From the IMG/VR virus record IMGVR_UViG_3300028591_000078, positions 174,366 through 238,365 of that record: a DNA stretch of 64,000 nucleotides; one strand, 5' to 3'. Under the pieces are notes generated by a model. That model ran no database searches. It saw nothing but the letters and a program-made list of their open reading frames with translations, and was not told the origin of the DNA. This document shows positions 49,077 through 59,842 of the stretch, piece by piece. The translations under genes and the position numbers were made by a program. The DNA is from a virus. Taxonomy: Duplodnaviria; Caudoviricetes. Position 1 is the first letter of the stretch; every line of letters starts with the position of its first letter.

Positions 49077-49195
49077 CAACATACACCAGCAGGTTTCGGC
49101 CTGCTGGTTATTTTTTGTATTGATTATATACTATAGATGTGGAAATATAGTGATTCAAAAACTATATATTAATCATTTTAAAGGAGTATAGAATC

Positions 49196-49564
49196 ATGGC
49201 TAAATTTGAAAAGTTATCAAAGACAAACCGCATATATGATATGGTAGAAAATTTTAATATACAATATGCTGAAGTTACTCATCCTGATAAGCCATTTAGA
49301 GTGATTTCCGCATCTGATGATATGAAAAAGGCTAAAGGTAATAAGTATATGGTATGCATAACTTATACAGATACTCCTTGTTATATAACTATTATAGACA
49401 CTATTGCAGATAATGAGTATAATAAACCTCTTAAGAATGTCACTGCTAGTTTCTATCAGGATACATTAGTATTATCTGATTATCTAGACAATACAATTAT
49501 AGATAGTATAGCATTCATAAAAATAAATATGGAAAGTGAGGACAAAAACAATGCCAGCGATTGA
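49196..49564 (+). CDS. Hypothetical early protein
   Basis: AAGGAG RBS; early motif at 49125. Confidence 0.55.
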   Translation: MAKFEKLSKTNRIYDMVENFNIQYAEVTHPDKPFRVISASDDMKKAKGNKYMVCITYTDTPCYITIIDTIADNEYNKPLKNVTASFYQDTLVLSDYLDNTIIDSIAFIKINMESEDKNNASD

Positions 49565-49946
49565 TAAGAATCTTAATTTTCCTGCTGGAGCTCCACTGCT
49601 CGAATACTTTATAAATATGGTAAGAGGACAAGGTGGAGATCCTAATAAAGAGTTATGTCTTGATGGCATAACTGTAGAAGATCTTGATTATAGAAGATAT
49701 CCTGATAGATACTATGTGATCAATAATATCAATATGAATATCTTCATTATACTTGTATCGCAAGGCCAAGGTGAACCTTGTAAGTATATATGTATAAATG
49801 GTCAGAAGTTTGACTGGACTGATGAGACTAATGGTGTTATTATACATCGTAATGGTCGAGTAGTATGGTTTGAAAACTATGACAACAAAGAAGAAAGGTA
49901 TAGATTTGTCTGTGGTAATGGAGAAATTATAGACAGACAACTCTAA
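49551..49946 (+). CDS. Hypothetical protein
   Basis: Start MPAID after GAGG. Confidence 0.55.
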   Translation: MPAIDKNLNFPAGAPLLEYFINMVRGQGGDPNKELCLDGITVEDLDYRRYPDRYYVINNINMNIFIILVSQGQGEPCKYICINGQKFDWTDETNGVIIHRNGRVVWFENYDNKEERYRFVCGNGEIIDRQL

Positions 49947-49960
49947 TGGGAGGTAGCACA

Positions 49961-52327
49961 ATGGCAGAAAAGATAGTAGACCGCAATACGTTTGAACAGT
50001 TTAAGACAGACTATTCAATCTATGCAGTCTATATAAGTAGAAAGAGAGTTACTCCTGAATACAGGGATGGGTTAAAACCTGTTCAGAGAAGAATACTCTA
50101 TGGTGCATTTAAGTTCTCTAAAGCGGTAAGCTGGTCTACTAAAGTAAAAAGTATGGCAGTAGTAGGTGATGTGCTTAAGAGATTACATCCACATGGAGAT
50201 GTAGCAGTATATGATGCAATGAAGCCGATGATAAATTGGTTTGAATGTAAGATACCTTTGCTTAGAGGTAAAGGTGGATTTGGATCCGCATATGGTGATC
50301 CTGCATCAGCATCAAGATATACAGAGGTTTGTTTATCAGACTTTGCAATGGAGAATGTCATAGCAGAACTCAAAGAATGTGATGAAGCTGTTGACTGGGA
50401 TCCTAACTATGATAACAAGATTAAAGAACCTCAGTTCTTACCTTGTAGAGTACCGTTGTTACTTATAAACGGTAGCTTTGCAATTGGTTTAGGAATGAAG
50501 GTAGAGATACCTTCACATAATCCTAATGAAGTAATCGATGCTACAATAAAGCTTCTTCATAATCCGAATGCTCAGGTGGTATTGATTCCTGATCATTGCC
50601 AGCCTTGTGAGATAGTAAATACAGATTTCAAATCTATCTCTAATAAAGGATTTGGATATTATACGGTAAGAGGGGTTATAGATATAGGTACAAGAAGAGA
50701 TAAGCCTTGTCTTATAATAAGATCTGTACCTAATCTGATATTCCTCGGGTCTATCATAGATAAGATAGAAGAGCTTGTAAAAGCTAATAAGCTGGTTCAG
50801 ATAGAGTCTCTCGAAGACGCTTCTAATAAGGACCATCTTGAGTACTATATCGTATTAAAGAAAGGTACTGATCCTAACTTTGTACGAGAAGTAATCTATA
50901 AGAATACAGATATGCAACAGAACTGTAGAGTTAACTTCGAAGTTCTTGATGGAATTCAGCCGATGAGAATGTCTTATAAATCATATCTCCAGGCATTCAT
51001 CGAGTTCAGAAGAATAACTAAGTTTAGAATGTATTGCAACAGACTTCAGGCTGTACAGACTAGAATACATCAGATAGAGCCATTCATTAAACTGATGCAG
51101 TCTGGAGAGATCGATAATGTAATAGATATGATAAAGAAACAGACTAAGAACGAAGAGTATATTATGGAATATCTGATTAAGAAACTTAAGATCACAGATG
51201 TCCAGGCTAAATATATTCTTAGATCTAATCTTGCTTCATTATCTAAAGCTAGACTGCAAGCATATATTGATGAGCTTGCAGATCTTAAGCCTAAAGAAGA
51301 GTTCATGTTTAAGATGATCAATGATGATAAACTTATAGATCAGGAGATCGAAAGTGAACTCTTAGAGGTAAAGAATAAGTATGGTAGTCCTAGATGCTGT
51401 AAGATTATATCAGAATCTGAAGCTTCTGATATACCTAGCGGCGAGTTTAAGATTATCATTACTGATAATAACTTTATCAAGAAGGTTCCATTGAACGATC
51501 CTGTAGGATATTTCAGAGGTACAGCTCCTAAGTTAATGCTTAAGGTAGACAATGCTGAGAATATCCTGATCTTCGATGAGCTAGGTAAGGTGTTTAAGTT
51601 ACCTGTTCATAAGATACCTTTTACCGATAAGAACTCTAATGGTACTGATATAAGAATTCTGTCTAAGAATATTACATCTAATATCAGCACTGTAATGTAT
51701 GAGCCTATGGTAAAAGAATTATCTGAGCAGTTATGTAAGCATAGCTTAGTGGTACTGACTAGAATGGGATTCATTAAGAAGATGGATCTTGAAGATTTCC
51801 TTGCAGTACCGCTGAGTGGTTTAGCATATAGCAAGCTTGATCCTGGTGATTCTGTAATAGATACTATGATAATCCCTGATGGATTTGAAGTAGTAGTCTA
51901 TAGCAATCATAAAGCTCTTAGATTTAGTATGAATGATATTCCTAAGATGCTTAGACAGGCAAGAGGAGTAAAGAGTATAAGTAGTGATACATTAGTAGAT
52001 GGCTTGTCAGTTATAACCCCTGATATGACTGATATAATAGTAATAACTACTAATGGATTTGCTAACAGATTCTCACCTGCAGCTCTTCCTTATACTGGAA
52101 GATATAAAGCAGGAAGCTCTGTGATCAAACTTAAGAAGACAGATAGTATCAAGTATATCTGTGGGGTTAATGAGAAAGATATAATCAGAATCATAACTCC
52201 TGAAGAGAAGCTTGAGATACCTGTAACAGATATACCGATTGGATCTAGTATTAGTCCTGGTACTAAAATGATAAAAGGTACAACTGTTCTGAAGGCTAAT
52301 ATTCTTAGAGATCCTAAGAGCATTTAA
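49961..52327 (+). CDS. gyrA: DNA gyrase/topoisomerase II subunit A
   Basis: DGLKPVQRR, HPHGD, catalytic SRYTE, C-terminal beta-pinwheel repeats. Confidence 0.9.
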   Translation: MAEKIVDRNTFEQFKTDYSIYAVYISRKRVTPEYRDGLKPVQRRILYGAFKFSKAVSWSTKVKSMAVVGDVLKRLHPHGDVAVYDAMKPMINWFECKIPLLRGKGGFGSAYGDPASASRYTEVCLSDFAMENVIAELKECDEAVDWDPNYDNKIKEPQFLPCRVPLLLINGSFAIGLGMKVEIPSHNPNEVIDATIKLLHNPNAQVVLIPDHCQPCEIVNTDFKSISNKGFGYYTVRGVIDIGTRRDKPCLIIRSVPNLIFLGSIIDKIEELVKANKLVQIESLEDASNKDHLEYYIVLKKGTDPNFVREVIYKNTDMQQNCRVNFEVLDGIQPMRMSYKSYLQAFIEFRRITKFRMYCNRLQAVQTRIHQIEPFIKLMQSGEIDNVIDMIKKQTKNEEYIMEYLIKKLKITDVQAKYILRSNLASLSKARLQAYIDELADLKPKEEFMFKMINDDKLIDQEIESELLEVKNKYGSPRCCKIISESEASDIPSGEFKIIITDNNFIKKVPLNDPVGYFRGTAPKLMLKVDNAENILIFDELGKVFKLPVHKIPFTDKNSNGTDIRILSKNITSNISTVMYEPMVKELSEQLCKHSLVVLTRMGFIKKMDLEDFLAVPLSGLAYSKLDPGDSVIDTMIIPDGFEVVVYSNHKALRFSMNDIPKMLRQARGVKSISSDTLVDGLSVITPDMTDIIVITTNGFANRFSPAALPYTGRYKAGSSVIKLKKTDSIKYICGVNEKDIIRIITPEEKLEIPVTDIPIGSSISPGTKMIKGTTVLKANILRDPKSI

Positions 52328-52374
52328 GAAAGGGGGAGTTCATCTCCCCCTTTTATCTTTTTGGAGGTATTAGT

Positions 52375-52689
52375 ATGCCAGCAAAGAAAGATTGGTTAAA
52401 GAATAAGACTTTAGTGTTAGAGCAGAATACTTTTCATAAAGATCTTATAAAATGGATAGAGTCTAATTCAGACTATAGTATTATAGATAAAAGTGTAAAA
52501 GTTAATGGACTTACTAAGAAACTTGGAACTCTTGTAAATTTTAACTTTGACGTATCTCATATGTTTATAACAATCAAGCTCGGAAAGACAGCAGATGATC
52601 TTGGATATGACTTAAGTGAATATACTACAGTATCTATTTGTGAGAGTAAACAGAATCATAAGACCTTTCTAGTAGTGTATACTAGATAA
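52375..52689 (+). CDS. Hypothetical protein
   Basis: GGAGG RBS. Confidence 0.55.
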   Translation: MPAKKDWLKNKTLVLEQNTFHKDLIKWIESNSDYSIIDKSVKVNGLTKKLGTLVNFNFDVSHMFITIKLGKTADDLGYDLSEYTTVSICESKQNHKTFLVVYTR

Positions 52690-52771
52690 AATCAACGATA
52701 CTATCGACGTTTAATGTTGGTCAACATTAGAGTAAATGTAGTCCAAATTTAACGTAAAGGAGGATAGTATT

Positions 52772-53506
52772 ATGATTATTAAGATACCATATTGTAATTT
52801 CACAGACAAATTACAGTATCTCTGGAACACCTCTGGAGAAAATTTCCCACCCTCACTATTAACAGATGTAGTTCATTTCAATGGTAAGAAGGCTGGCACA
52901 ATGTCCGCCGAATTATCTACTAAAGATGAGATAGCAATCGAGACAGAGGATAAGAATCTTATAGACACTGTTTCCAATAAGAATTATCTAATTACTTATG
53001 GTACTTGGATGAAAGATGATATATTCTCTTATATAATAATACCAATAGATGAACATCTTCAGAAGCTTCATCTGGTAGATAAAATGGTTCCAAGAATGAA
53101 TCCTAAAGAGACTCTACCAAGACTTGGAATCTATGGACTTGATTATATCCTATCTGATATGACAAATGATTGTAAAGATATGGACGCATTCTATATTTAT
53201 AAGGTATCTAAATGGTCAGACCCTGTCGATCCTAAGAATAGAGTTGGTTATGTAATCTCTATTCATGATGACTTCGTAGAGTGCCTGATAGATTCTAGAT
53301 ACTTTAGTAAGATAAGAAAGATGAAGTCTCCATATATCAAATTTATTGTAACTGGTTCAGAGTTGCCAAAGAATAAGTATTCTATCAAATCTATAAGAGG
53401 ATTACAATTAATAAGAAGAACTAGACTTTGGAGATCTGAATGGGCTAAGCAAGTATTTGAGAATAATCTTGAAGACTTTGCCGGAAATAAAAAGTTTAGA
53501 GGATGA
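52772..53506 (+). CDS. Hypothetical protein (putative paralog cluster)
   Basis: Late motif at 52723-52734; RVGYVISI. Confidence 0.55.
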   Translation: MIIKIPYCNFTDKLQYLWNTSGENFPPSLLTDVVHFNGKKAGTMSAELSTKDEIAIETEDKNLIDTVSNKNYLITYGTWMKDDIFSYIIIPIDEHLQKLHLVDKMVPRMNPKETLPRLGIYGLDYILSDMTNDCKDMDAFYIYKVSKWSDPVDPKNRVGYVISIHDDFVECLIDSRYFSKIRKMKSPYIKFIVTGSELPKNKYSIKSIRGLQLIRRTRLWRSEWAKQVFENNLEDFAGNKKFRG

Positions 53507-53510
53507 TTAT

Positions 53511-53906
53511 ATGCTAATGACAATACCTAGACTATTTCCAGCTAAATCTACGGCTCCCCATGGGGAGCCGTATAATAATATGCATGAAATGTTATACAAA
53601 TACATTTATGGTAAAAATAGAGTACCATTATTTGTAAATTCTCATTTAATAGGACATGCAGCTGGTAAACGAGAAGTTATAGGAAAAGTATTAGATTTTG
53701 ATGTTACAAGTTTTCTTGTAGATGTAGAAAACAATGATGCCTGCAACTTTATATTAGAAAATATAGATACTGCAGTAATACGAGTAGTATCTATATGTAA
53801 AAATAGCGATATGGAATATGGTGTTAGAGTTGCTTCTATTAAAAGAATAGAATTAGATCTAAGACCAGAGCGAGGAAATGATGATGACACTATTATCAAT
53901 ACCTAG
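53511..53906 (+). CDS. Hypothetical protein (putative paralog cluster)
   Basis: Start MLMTIPRL; VIGKVLDF. Confidence 0.55.
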   Translation: MLMTIPRLFPAKSTAPHGEPYNNMHEMLYKYIYGKNRVPLFVNSHLIGHAAGKREVIGKVLDFDVTSFLVDVENNDACNFILENIDTAVIRVVSICKNSDMEYGVRVASIKRIELDLRPERGNDDDTIINT

Positions 53907-54276
53907 ACTTATCAAAGCTGGTGAAAAACCTAGCTTAACTAGTGATAAGAAATATCTAAACCTTGAGGAGAAGCTCAAGGAATATTTGGCATCCCATAGG
54001 ATGAATAAAACTGCATTCTTGTTTAAAGTATCTGCAAAGCGCGATGAAGACTCTGCAGACTTTTATATAAATAGAACGTCTGATATCATTGCTGAGATAG
54101 TTGCTATCAGACCATCAGATATCCTTGTCAATGTGATTGACAAGGGTTTCTTTGAAAAATACGGAGGAAATAATCTTAAAGCTAGAATCTGTACTCTAAC
54201 CAATGAGACTGAGGAAGGATATATGGTAGAGAAGATTATAAGAATTGAAGCAGTAAGAGTGGAGGTAAACAAATGA
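53878..54276 (+). CDS. Hypothetical protein (putative paralog cluster)
   Basis: LSIPRL; IIAEIVAI; IIRIE. Confidence 0.55.
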   Translation: MMMTLLSIPRLIKAGEKPSLTSDKKYLNLEEKLKEYLASHRMNKTAFLFKVSAKRDEDSADFYINRTSDIIAEIVAIRPSDILVNVIDKGFFEKYGGNNLKARICTLTNETEEGYMVEKIIRIEAVRVEVNK

Positions 54277-54905
54277 GGTTAGAATTATTAAGCGGAGACA
54301 CAATAGAAGTGATTAATGTTACAGTAGAGATTCCTATCAATCCTAATGTATTAACTGAGGATATGAGAAAACAGCTCAATGAGAATATAAAGATGGCTAT
54401 TCTCAAACCTGATACTAATATAACAATAAAGAATAATATAGTAGTAGCAGATCCTACTCATACAATTGGTTATATAGCCCATATAAATGAGAAGAGTGTA
54501 TTTGCCGAGATATATGATGCACATTACTTAAAGAATCTTTATGATCTTTTCATAGAACCAATCTTAATCAATGTATCCAAAGATGATGTATTTGTCATTT
54601 TTGAATGCTATATAAATAAAGATGACGATAAGAACTTGAAGAACGTTGAGATTCCTATAAATGACTTTTCTGCTGAATATAAAAGAGTTAAAGATTCTAA
54701 AGAAGCATTTAAAAATGCAGCAGCATATAACACTGTTAGTGGTGTACTTACTGCTCCACATGGTGGATGTGTATATACATCTTCTGAATTAAGTAATGAT
54801 CAGCTTTGGAATAAAGCTGGAACAGATAAACCTATTACTAAACAGGATGTAAATATTAAATCTGATGCAAGTACAAATGGGCTTGAAACCTTACTTGAAG
54901 TATAA
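54273..54905 (+). CDS. Hypothetical protein (putative paralog cluster)
   Basis: GGAGG RBS; TIGYIAHI. Confidence 0.55.
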   Translation: MRLELLSGDTIEVINVTVEIPINPNVLTEDMRKQLNENIKMAILKPDTNITIKNNIVVADPTHTIGYIAHINEKSVFAEIYDAHYLKNLYDLFIEPILINVSKDDVFVIFECYINKDDDKNLKNVEIPINDFSAEYKRVKDSKEAFKNAAAYNTVSGVLTAPHGGCVYTSSELSNDQLWNKAGTDKPITKQDVNIKSDASTNGLETLLEV

Positions 54906-55062
54906 AATATGGGTAGGCTTTACGCCTACCCTATTTATTTTTATCTGAATTTTATATCATTAACAGGAAGTTTTGCTTTATCTATTGCTCTGTCTGCAGA
55001 CCTATTTACATCAATCATATTCTTAATCCACTGCTTATTATCACTTCCAGTAGCATCATACA

Positions 55063-56256
55063 TTAAAGCTTGGAACCATTATATATGACTTTCTTCTGTT
55101 CAGGATTAAGAGAAGAAGCTTGCTTATAGAATTCATCAAATTCTTTCTTACACTTCTTTGCATCCTCTATGATTTTCTTTTTCATTTTAGGATCAAGATT
55201 CTCATTCTGTAACTCTTTTTCCAAAGAATCAACAGTATTTTTCACTCTTGCTAAGCTTGACGGATGCTCATCAAACATAGAAGCTGTGGCTAATATTGGA
55301 ACAAGATTGAATTGATATATAGCATTAAGCACTTTAGTTTTCTGAACAGCTTCATCTGCAAAACCAGTCGTTGCATTATTTATTTTTCTCTGAGCAGATG
55401 CAGTTTCAGGACCATATCCATACATTACAGCAAAAGAGTCTGCAAGATATTCTCCAGCTACATTAGATACATGTCTAGGAAGATTAAACACTGTATTTAT
55501 AATCCGTGTAGGTAAATCAATAAGAGATAACAATAGACCACTGAATGGAACTAATCCTATCAATACTTGGCCAACACTAAGAAAAGTGTCACTAAGTACA
55601 TTTTTAAATGTTGCAAAATAATTTATTATAGAAGAAGCTGCTCCTTTGTTTCTTGTAAACTTTGCACCAGCAGCTCTAATATTTTTAATATATCTTCCTA
55701 CCAGACTATCTCCTGTAAGTTTGACTAATTCATTAAAATCTCCTTTAAAGGCATTTATAATAGCAGTGATAAAAGAAAATACATAAGATAATATATTAAG
55801 ATCTTTAATATCTTTTACTAATGATTCCTGGAAATTATGCCCTATCTCATGTAAAATTATTGCAAATATTTCATCATCTGTATATTCATTATTTAGCAGT
55901 AATCCTGTATAAATACAAGTTAAGCAACAGAAACCATATTTTGTATCATATTTGATTCCATCTTTGGTTCTAATTAATGCTTTAGAGACCTTTTCAAAAC
56001 GAGTCTCTGTCATACCATGAGTATATGCATTAACCTGAGTTGAATTTATTATATATAATTCAAATACCTGAAAACCGAATGTATCCTCCATCATTCTATT
56101 GAACTTGATGAGGTCTTCATCAGTATTTATAGTTGGGCTGTATTTGAATATGCTTCCAGTTACATATTTTCTTCTAAACTTTGAAAATTGATCTGCTAAA
56201 GCTAATATTTCAGGCGTTTTGCCAAAATATGCTTCATGAATAGGATATAAGGCCAT
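55063..56256 (-). CDS. Zn metallopeptidase (M48/HtpX-like), possibly frameshifted near the 3' end
   Basis: NAY, ILHEIGH, EYLADSFA, EHPS..AR; late promoter at 56285-56296. Confidence 0.75.
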   Translation of the reverse strand: MALYPIHEAYFGKTPEILALADQFSKFRRKYVTGSIFKYSPTINTDEDLIKFNRMMEDTFGFQVFELYIINSTQVNAYTHGMTETRFEKVSKALIRTKDGIKYDTKYGFCCLTCIYTGLLLNNEYTDDEIFAIILHEIGHNFQESLVKDIKDLNILSYVFSFITAIINAFKGDFNELVKLTGDSLVGRYIKNIRAAGAKFTRNKGAASSIINYFATFKNVLSDTFLSVGQVLIGLVPFSGLLLSLIDLPTRIINTVFNLPRHVSNVAGEYLADSFAVMYGYGPETASAQRKINNATTGFADEAVQKTKVLNAIYQFNLVPILATASMFDEHPSSLARVKNTVDSLEKELQNENLDPKMKKKIIEDAKKCKKEFDEFYKQASSLNPEQKKVIYNGSKL

Positions 56257-56341
56257 TAATGTCACCACTTTCGAATTTAATTTTTACTATAATGTTTTGA
56301 ACCTCAACATCCTTGTAATACTAACTTTGTATGGAGGTATA

Positions 56342-57538
56342 ATGATGGCTAATGTTGCTGATACTTCTGCTATCGATAAAGAGTTATATCCTAAAGTATC
56401 AACTCTGATATCTAAGAATACCACTAAATATAAGAATATGCTGTCTAAGTTCTTTGAGAAGAGGAATAAAGATCTCTATTCTCCTATAGTTGGAGAAAGA
56501 ATAGCATATGGAAAAGAAGATGAAGATGAGCTCTTTAAAGCTGTAGGAATATCTGATAGAGAGATTATGGCTGCAATATCGCATACCTACTACTATAAGA
56601 TTCCTAACTTTAATCCTAGAGCTGCTAAGAATAGTGTTACAGTATTGATGATGTGTATTATCAAATACTTCTTCCAGAAGAAGATGAAGAAAGAGCTTGA
56701 ACTTTCTATGCTCTATTTATCATTCTCTGGAAACTACTATCCTTCTATTAATTTTGGTAGTTTTCCTACCACCACTCCTGCACCTCATGTAATGGAGTAT
56801 GTAATAAATACTCAGTTATCTGATAAGTATAATATAGCAAAAGAAGGTTCTGTAATTGGAGCTGTTAAAGCTATAACACTTACTTGGATAGAGACTTATG
56901 GTGACGATATGCTTAAAGGATCTACTACAGATGAAGATTATGTATATCTTATACAGCAGCTTCATGTAAGAATAAAATCCTTTATGAAGAATATCGCTAA
57001 TGCTTACTATAAAGCATATAATGATAATAATGCTAATTATATTACTTATGACTCTGATATGGCTGATGATGAGGGTAACTTCAGAATTGCAGATAATGAT
57101 TCTCTGAAGGCTGAAACAGTTACCAATAAAGCTATAGATTATATCACATCTAATGATGTAGATTATAAGTTCTGCAAGATGGCATCTAATACTGATGTCA
57201 AGACTGAAGAAATTAAGAGTATCATAGAAACTATCATCAAGAATACAGATAATGTAGATGAGATGATAGAGTTGATACGTATTATAGTAGCCTCTTACAT
57301 GGTACAGTCAAAAAATAAAGATGTAAGAGATATAGACTTCATTACCTTTACCCTTAGACCTAAGCCTAATAGTAAAGATAAAAATGAGATAAGAAAAAGA
57401 GATATCATTGAGCACTGGCTTGATGCAAACTCTCCTGCATATAGAAAACGTAAAAAGAGAACTGTAACTAAGATATCTTATAATAAAGCTATTCTTACTT
57501 ACTTTACTCTTGTAATACAGCAGGCTGCAAAGGGGTGA
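56342..57538 (+). CDS. Late hypothetical protein
   Basis: Start MMANV after GGAGG; late motif at 56306-56317. Confidence 0.6.
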   Translation: MMANVADTSAIDKELYPKVSTLISKNTTKYKNMLSKFFEKRNKDLYSPIVGERIAYGKEDEDELFKAVGISDREIMAAISHTYYYKIPNFNPRAAKNSVTVLMMCIIKYFFQKKMKKELELSMLYLSFSGNYYPSINFGSFPTTTPAPHVMEYVINTQLSDKYNIAKEGSVIGAVKAITLTWIETYGDDMLKGSTTDEDYVYLIQQLHVRIKSFMKNIANAYYKAYNDNNANYITYDSDMADDEGNFRIADNDSLKAETVTNKAIDYITSNDVDYKFCKMASNTDVKTEEIKSIIETIIKNTDNVDEMIELIRIIVASYMVQSKNKDVRDIDFITFTLRPKPNSKDKNEIRKRDIIEHWLDANSPAYRKRKKRTVTKISYNKAILTYFTLVIQQAAKG

Positions 57539-57543
57539 TATAG

Positions 57544-58278
57544 ATGGCTGAGAAGAAACTTAAAAGAAAAGAGTCAGAAGCTCTTGTATATGAAGTAATG
57601 GATGCTTTAGATCCTTCTGGAACTAACTCTGAATTCTATAAAAATCTTTTTGCTGGTATGTCTGACGAGGAGTGGTTAAAATTCATTTCACGTGATTTAC
57701 CATATAGATTCCAAACCAGACTCTTCAAAATAGAGCCGTCTATGACTGAGATTAAAAAAGCACTTAAGATATTAAACGTTCCGATGATTGAAAAACTTAA
57801 TCTTCCTTACTTATATAAAAACTCTGATGGAGTTGCTGTAGAAGCTAGAGAAGCTATGGTTATATATCTGAATGTAAAGAAGATGAAACAATTCGTTACA
57901 AAGAAGAACTCTATACATACAGATATGTCTAAGAGAGATATGAAGACTGGACGTCTTATATCTGAATCTAAGGGTGGTCAGACTTCTGATAGAGAGTTTG
58001 AAGCTCTTGCAGTACATGGTCTTGATGCTACAATGATGGAGCTTGCTAGGCCTAAAGCTGATGCAATCAGAGCCAAGAATATTATGTATAATGATATTAA
58101 TACTCTTGGTGATGTAGATGATGATGACATAGTCTTAGAGAAAGATGACTCTATGGCTAAGAATCTTATGAGTGTATATCTTATAGGATCTCAGCTTGGA
58201 TGTAATCTGGTCGATGAAGACTATATGGTTCCTCATACTTATAAAAATAAAACACGTCGAGTTGAACGTGAAGTATAA
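57544..58278 (+). CDS. Phage multisubunit RNA polymerase beta C-terminal fragment (probably virion RNAP)
   Basis: YLNVKKMKQFVTKK...KGGQTSDREFEAL resembles beta Y..KLxH..K...GGQRxGEME; late operon. Confidence 0.65.
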   Translation: MAEKKLKRKESEALVYEVMDALDPSGTNSEFYKNLFAGMSDEEWLKFISRDLPYRFQTRLFKIEPSMTEIKKALKILNVPMIEKLNLPYLYKNSDGVAVEAREAMVIYLNVKKMKQFVTKKNSIHTDMSKRDMKTGRLISESKGGQTSDREFEALAVHGLDATMMELARPKADAIRAKNIMYNDINTLGDVDDDDIVLEKDDSMAKNLMSVYLIGSQLGCNLVDEDYMVPHTYKNKTRRVEREV

Positions 58279-58323
58279 AAAACAAGGGGCCTCATAAGCC
58301 CCTTGTTTTTCTGATTCCTACAA

Positions 58324-58533
58324 TTATGAGTTGTAGGAATCGATCACAGCGTCAATGCGAGCACGAAGCTCGTTTTCAGGGATGTGTCTCTCACACGGAG
58401 TTAACACTAAGCTTGCCGGCAGGCAAGCCTTTATCTCCTTTGCACATTTGTGACAGTAATCTCTATGCCCATAAGACTGGAATACTGCATCACAGCAGAT
58501 GCAACGGTTTCTCGTTTTGGTATATGTATACAT
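58324..58533 (-). CDS. Small Zn-finger early protein
   Basis: CICC...CHKC; AGGAGG RBS; early motif at 58642-58653. Confidence 0.6.
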   Translation of the reverse strand: MYTYTKTRNRCICCDAVFQSYGHRDYCHKCAKEIKACLPASLVLTPCERHIPENELRARIDAVIDSYNS

Positions 58534-58774
58534 AGTTTTTGCGCCTCCTTAGCGCTTTAGCTTCTCCATTTTTGTGATAAATTTTGTGAATAGCATTATA
58601 GAGAATTATAGAAGCTATAGATTAATTCTCTCTATTCACTATTATAATATATAATTGAAATATTTGAGTTTTGCATATTCGTTATTTAACCTAGTTATGG
58701 TTGTATATTATAAGAATGCTACTGGTGAATAATATATACCAGTCAACATTATAATATGAAAGGAGTGATCCAAA

Positions 58775-58906
58775 ATGGATGACAAGAAGACTGTAGGTGT
58801 TATAACTGAGCAGGGCTATGTCGCTGGCTCTTTCGGTTTTTCACCCCTCAATGAAGCAGATGCTAAGAAGGTTGAGGAAGAAGATAATGATGAAGACGAC
58901 ACATAA
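58775..58906 (+). CDS. Small acidic late protein, 43 aa (below ORF-track cutoff)
   Basis: MDDKKTVGVITEQGYVAGSFGFSPLNEADAKKVEEEDNDEDDT; AAGGAG RBS; late motif at 58745-58756. Confidence 0.6.
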   Translation: MDDKKTVGVITEQGYVAGSFGFSPLNEADAKKVEEEDNDEDDT

Positions 58907-58958
58907 GTAGATGGGTGTGTCAGATGACACACCCAAGGTTTTTATTGTAGGAGGTATT

Positions 58959-59840
58959 ATGGGTAAGAAGTTTAAAATCGGAGACATACAGGTGCTGCTA
59001 TCTGCTTCATCAGTAATCATGTCTATAGCAGTTCTGGTTACTTATGGAAGGATGGCAGCTGTTTCAGCATATGTGGATCCGATAACTACTAAACAAGAGA
59101 GTGTAGAAGTTTTTGAAGAGATTACAATAGAATCAGAAGAAGATACTATATTCTCTCAAAGACATACTCTTGAACTTAAAGACGAAGAGGAGACTGAAGA
59201 TTTCTATGATCCAGATCCTCTGTCTTATACTATTGATGTAGAGGATGGTGGGATGTATTCCGAAGAAGTGGATACTACTTATACACCTTTACCAAATGGG
59301 TTAACTAGAGAGTACGTAACAATACATTCTGATGTCTGCGTAGAGACTTGTCCATCGATCGAAGTTCTTGATAAACTTATCGATTGGTGGGATCCCAGAA
59401 TAATGGAAAATAAGGGAACAACATTTAAAGGTCATGGAAAAGACTTTTATGCTGTCTGGGAAATGACTGGGATGGATCCCTTGATTATCTTAGGCATAGC
59501 TGCTTGGGAAGGCGGTTGGGGTAATTCTAAACTTGCTGTTGCTAAGCATAACTACTATGGTATAGGCGCATATGATTCAGATCCTATGTATTGGGCTTCT
59601 AGATTTGTTGATGAAGATTCAGAATTATCTGAGTTTGATCAAGTATCTAAAGGTATTATAGATGGGGCTGTCTGGATTTATGAAAATTATTATACTAAAG
59701 GAAATACAACTTTAGCATTAATAAATCAAAACGGTTACAATGGTTATAATGGTGGCACATACTGGGCTGAAACCATTACAGAACAGATGATCAATGTGCA
59801 CTATAGAGTTGTAGCCGATATCATCAAGGAGGCAAATTAA
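58959..59840 (+). CDS. Membrane-anchored glucosaminidase (GH73-like peptidoglycan hydrolase)
   Basis: N-terminal TM; IAAWEGGWGNS...HNYYGIGAYDSDP. Confidence 0.8.
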   Translation: MGKKFKIGDIQVLLSASSVIMSIAVLVTYGRMAAVSAYVDPITTKQESVEVFEEITIESEEDTIFSQRHTLELKDEEETEDFYDPDPLSYTIDVEDGGMYSEEVDTTYTPLPNGLTREYVTIHSDVCVETCPSIEVLDKLIDWWDPRIMENKGTTFKGHGKDFYAVWEMTGMDPLIILGIAAWEGGWGNSKLAVAKHNYYGIGAYDSDPMYWASRFVDEDSELSEFDQVSKGIIDGAVWIYENYYTKGNTTLALINQNGYNGYNGGTYWAETITEQMINVHYRVVADIIKEAN

Positions 59841-59842
59841 AC

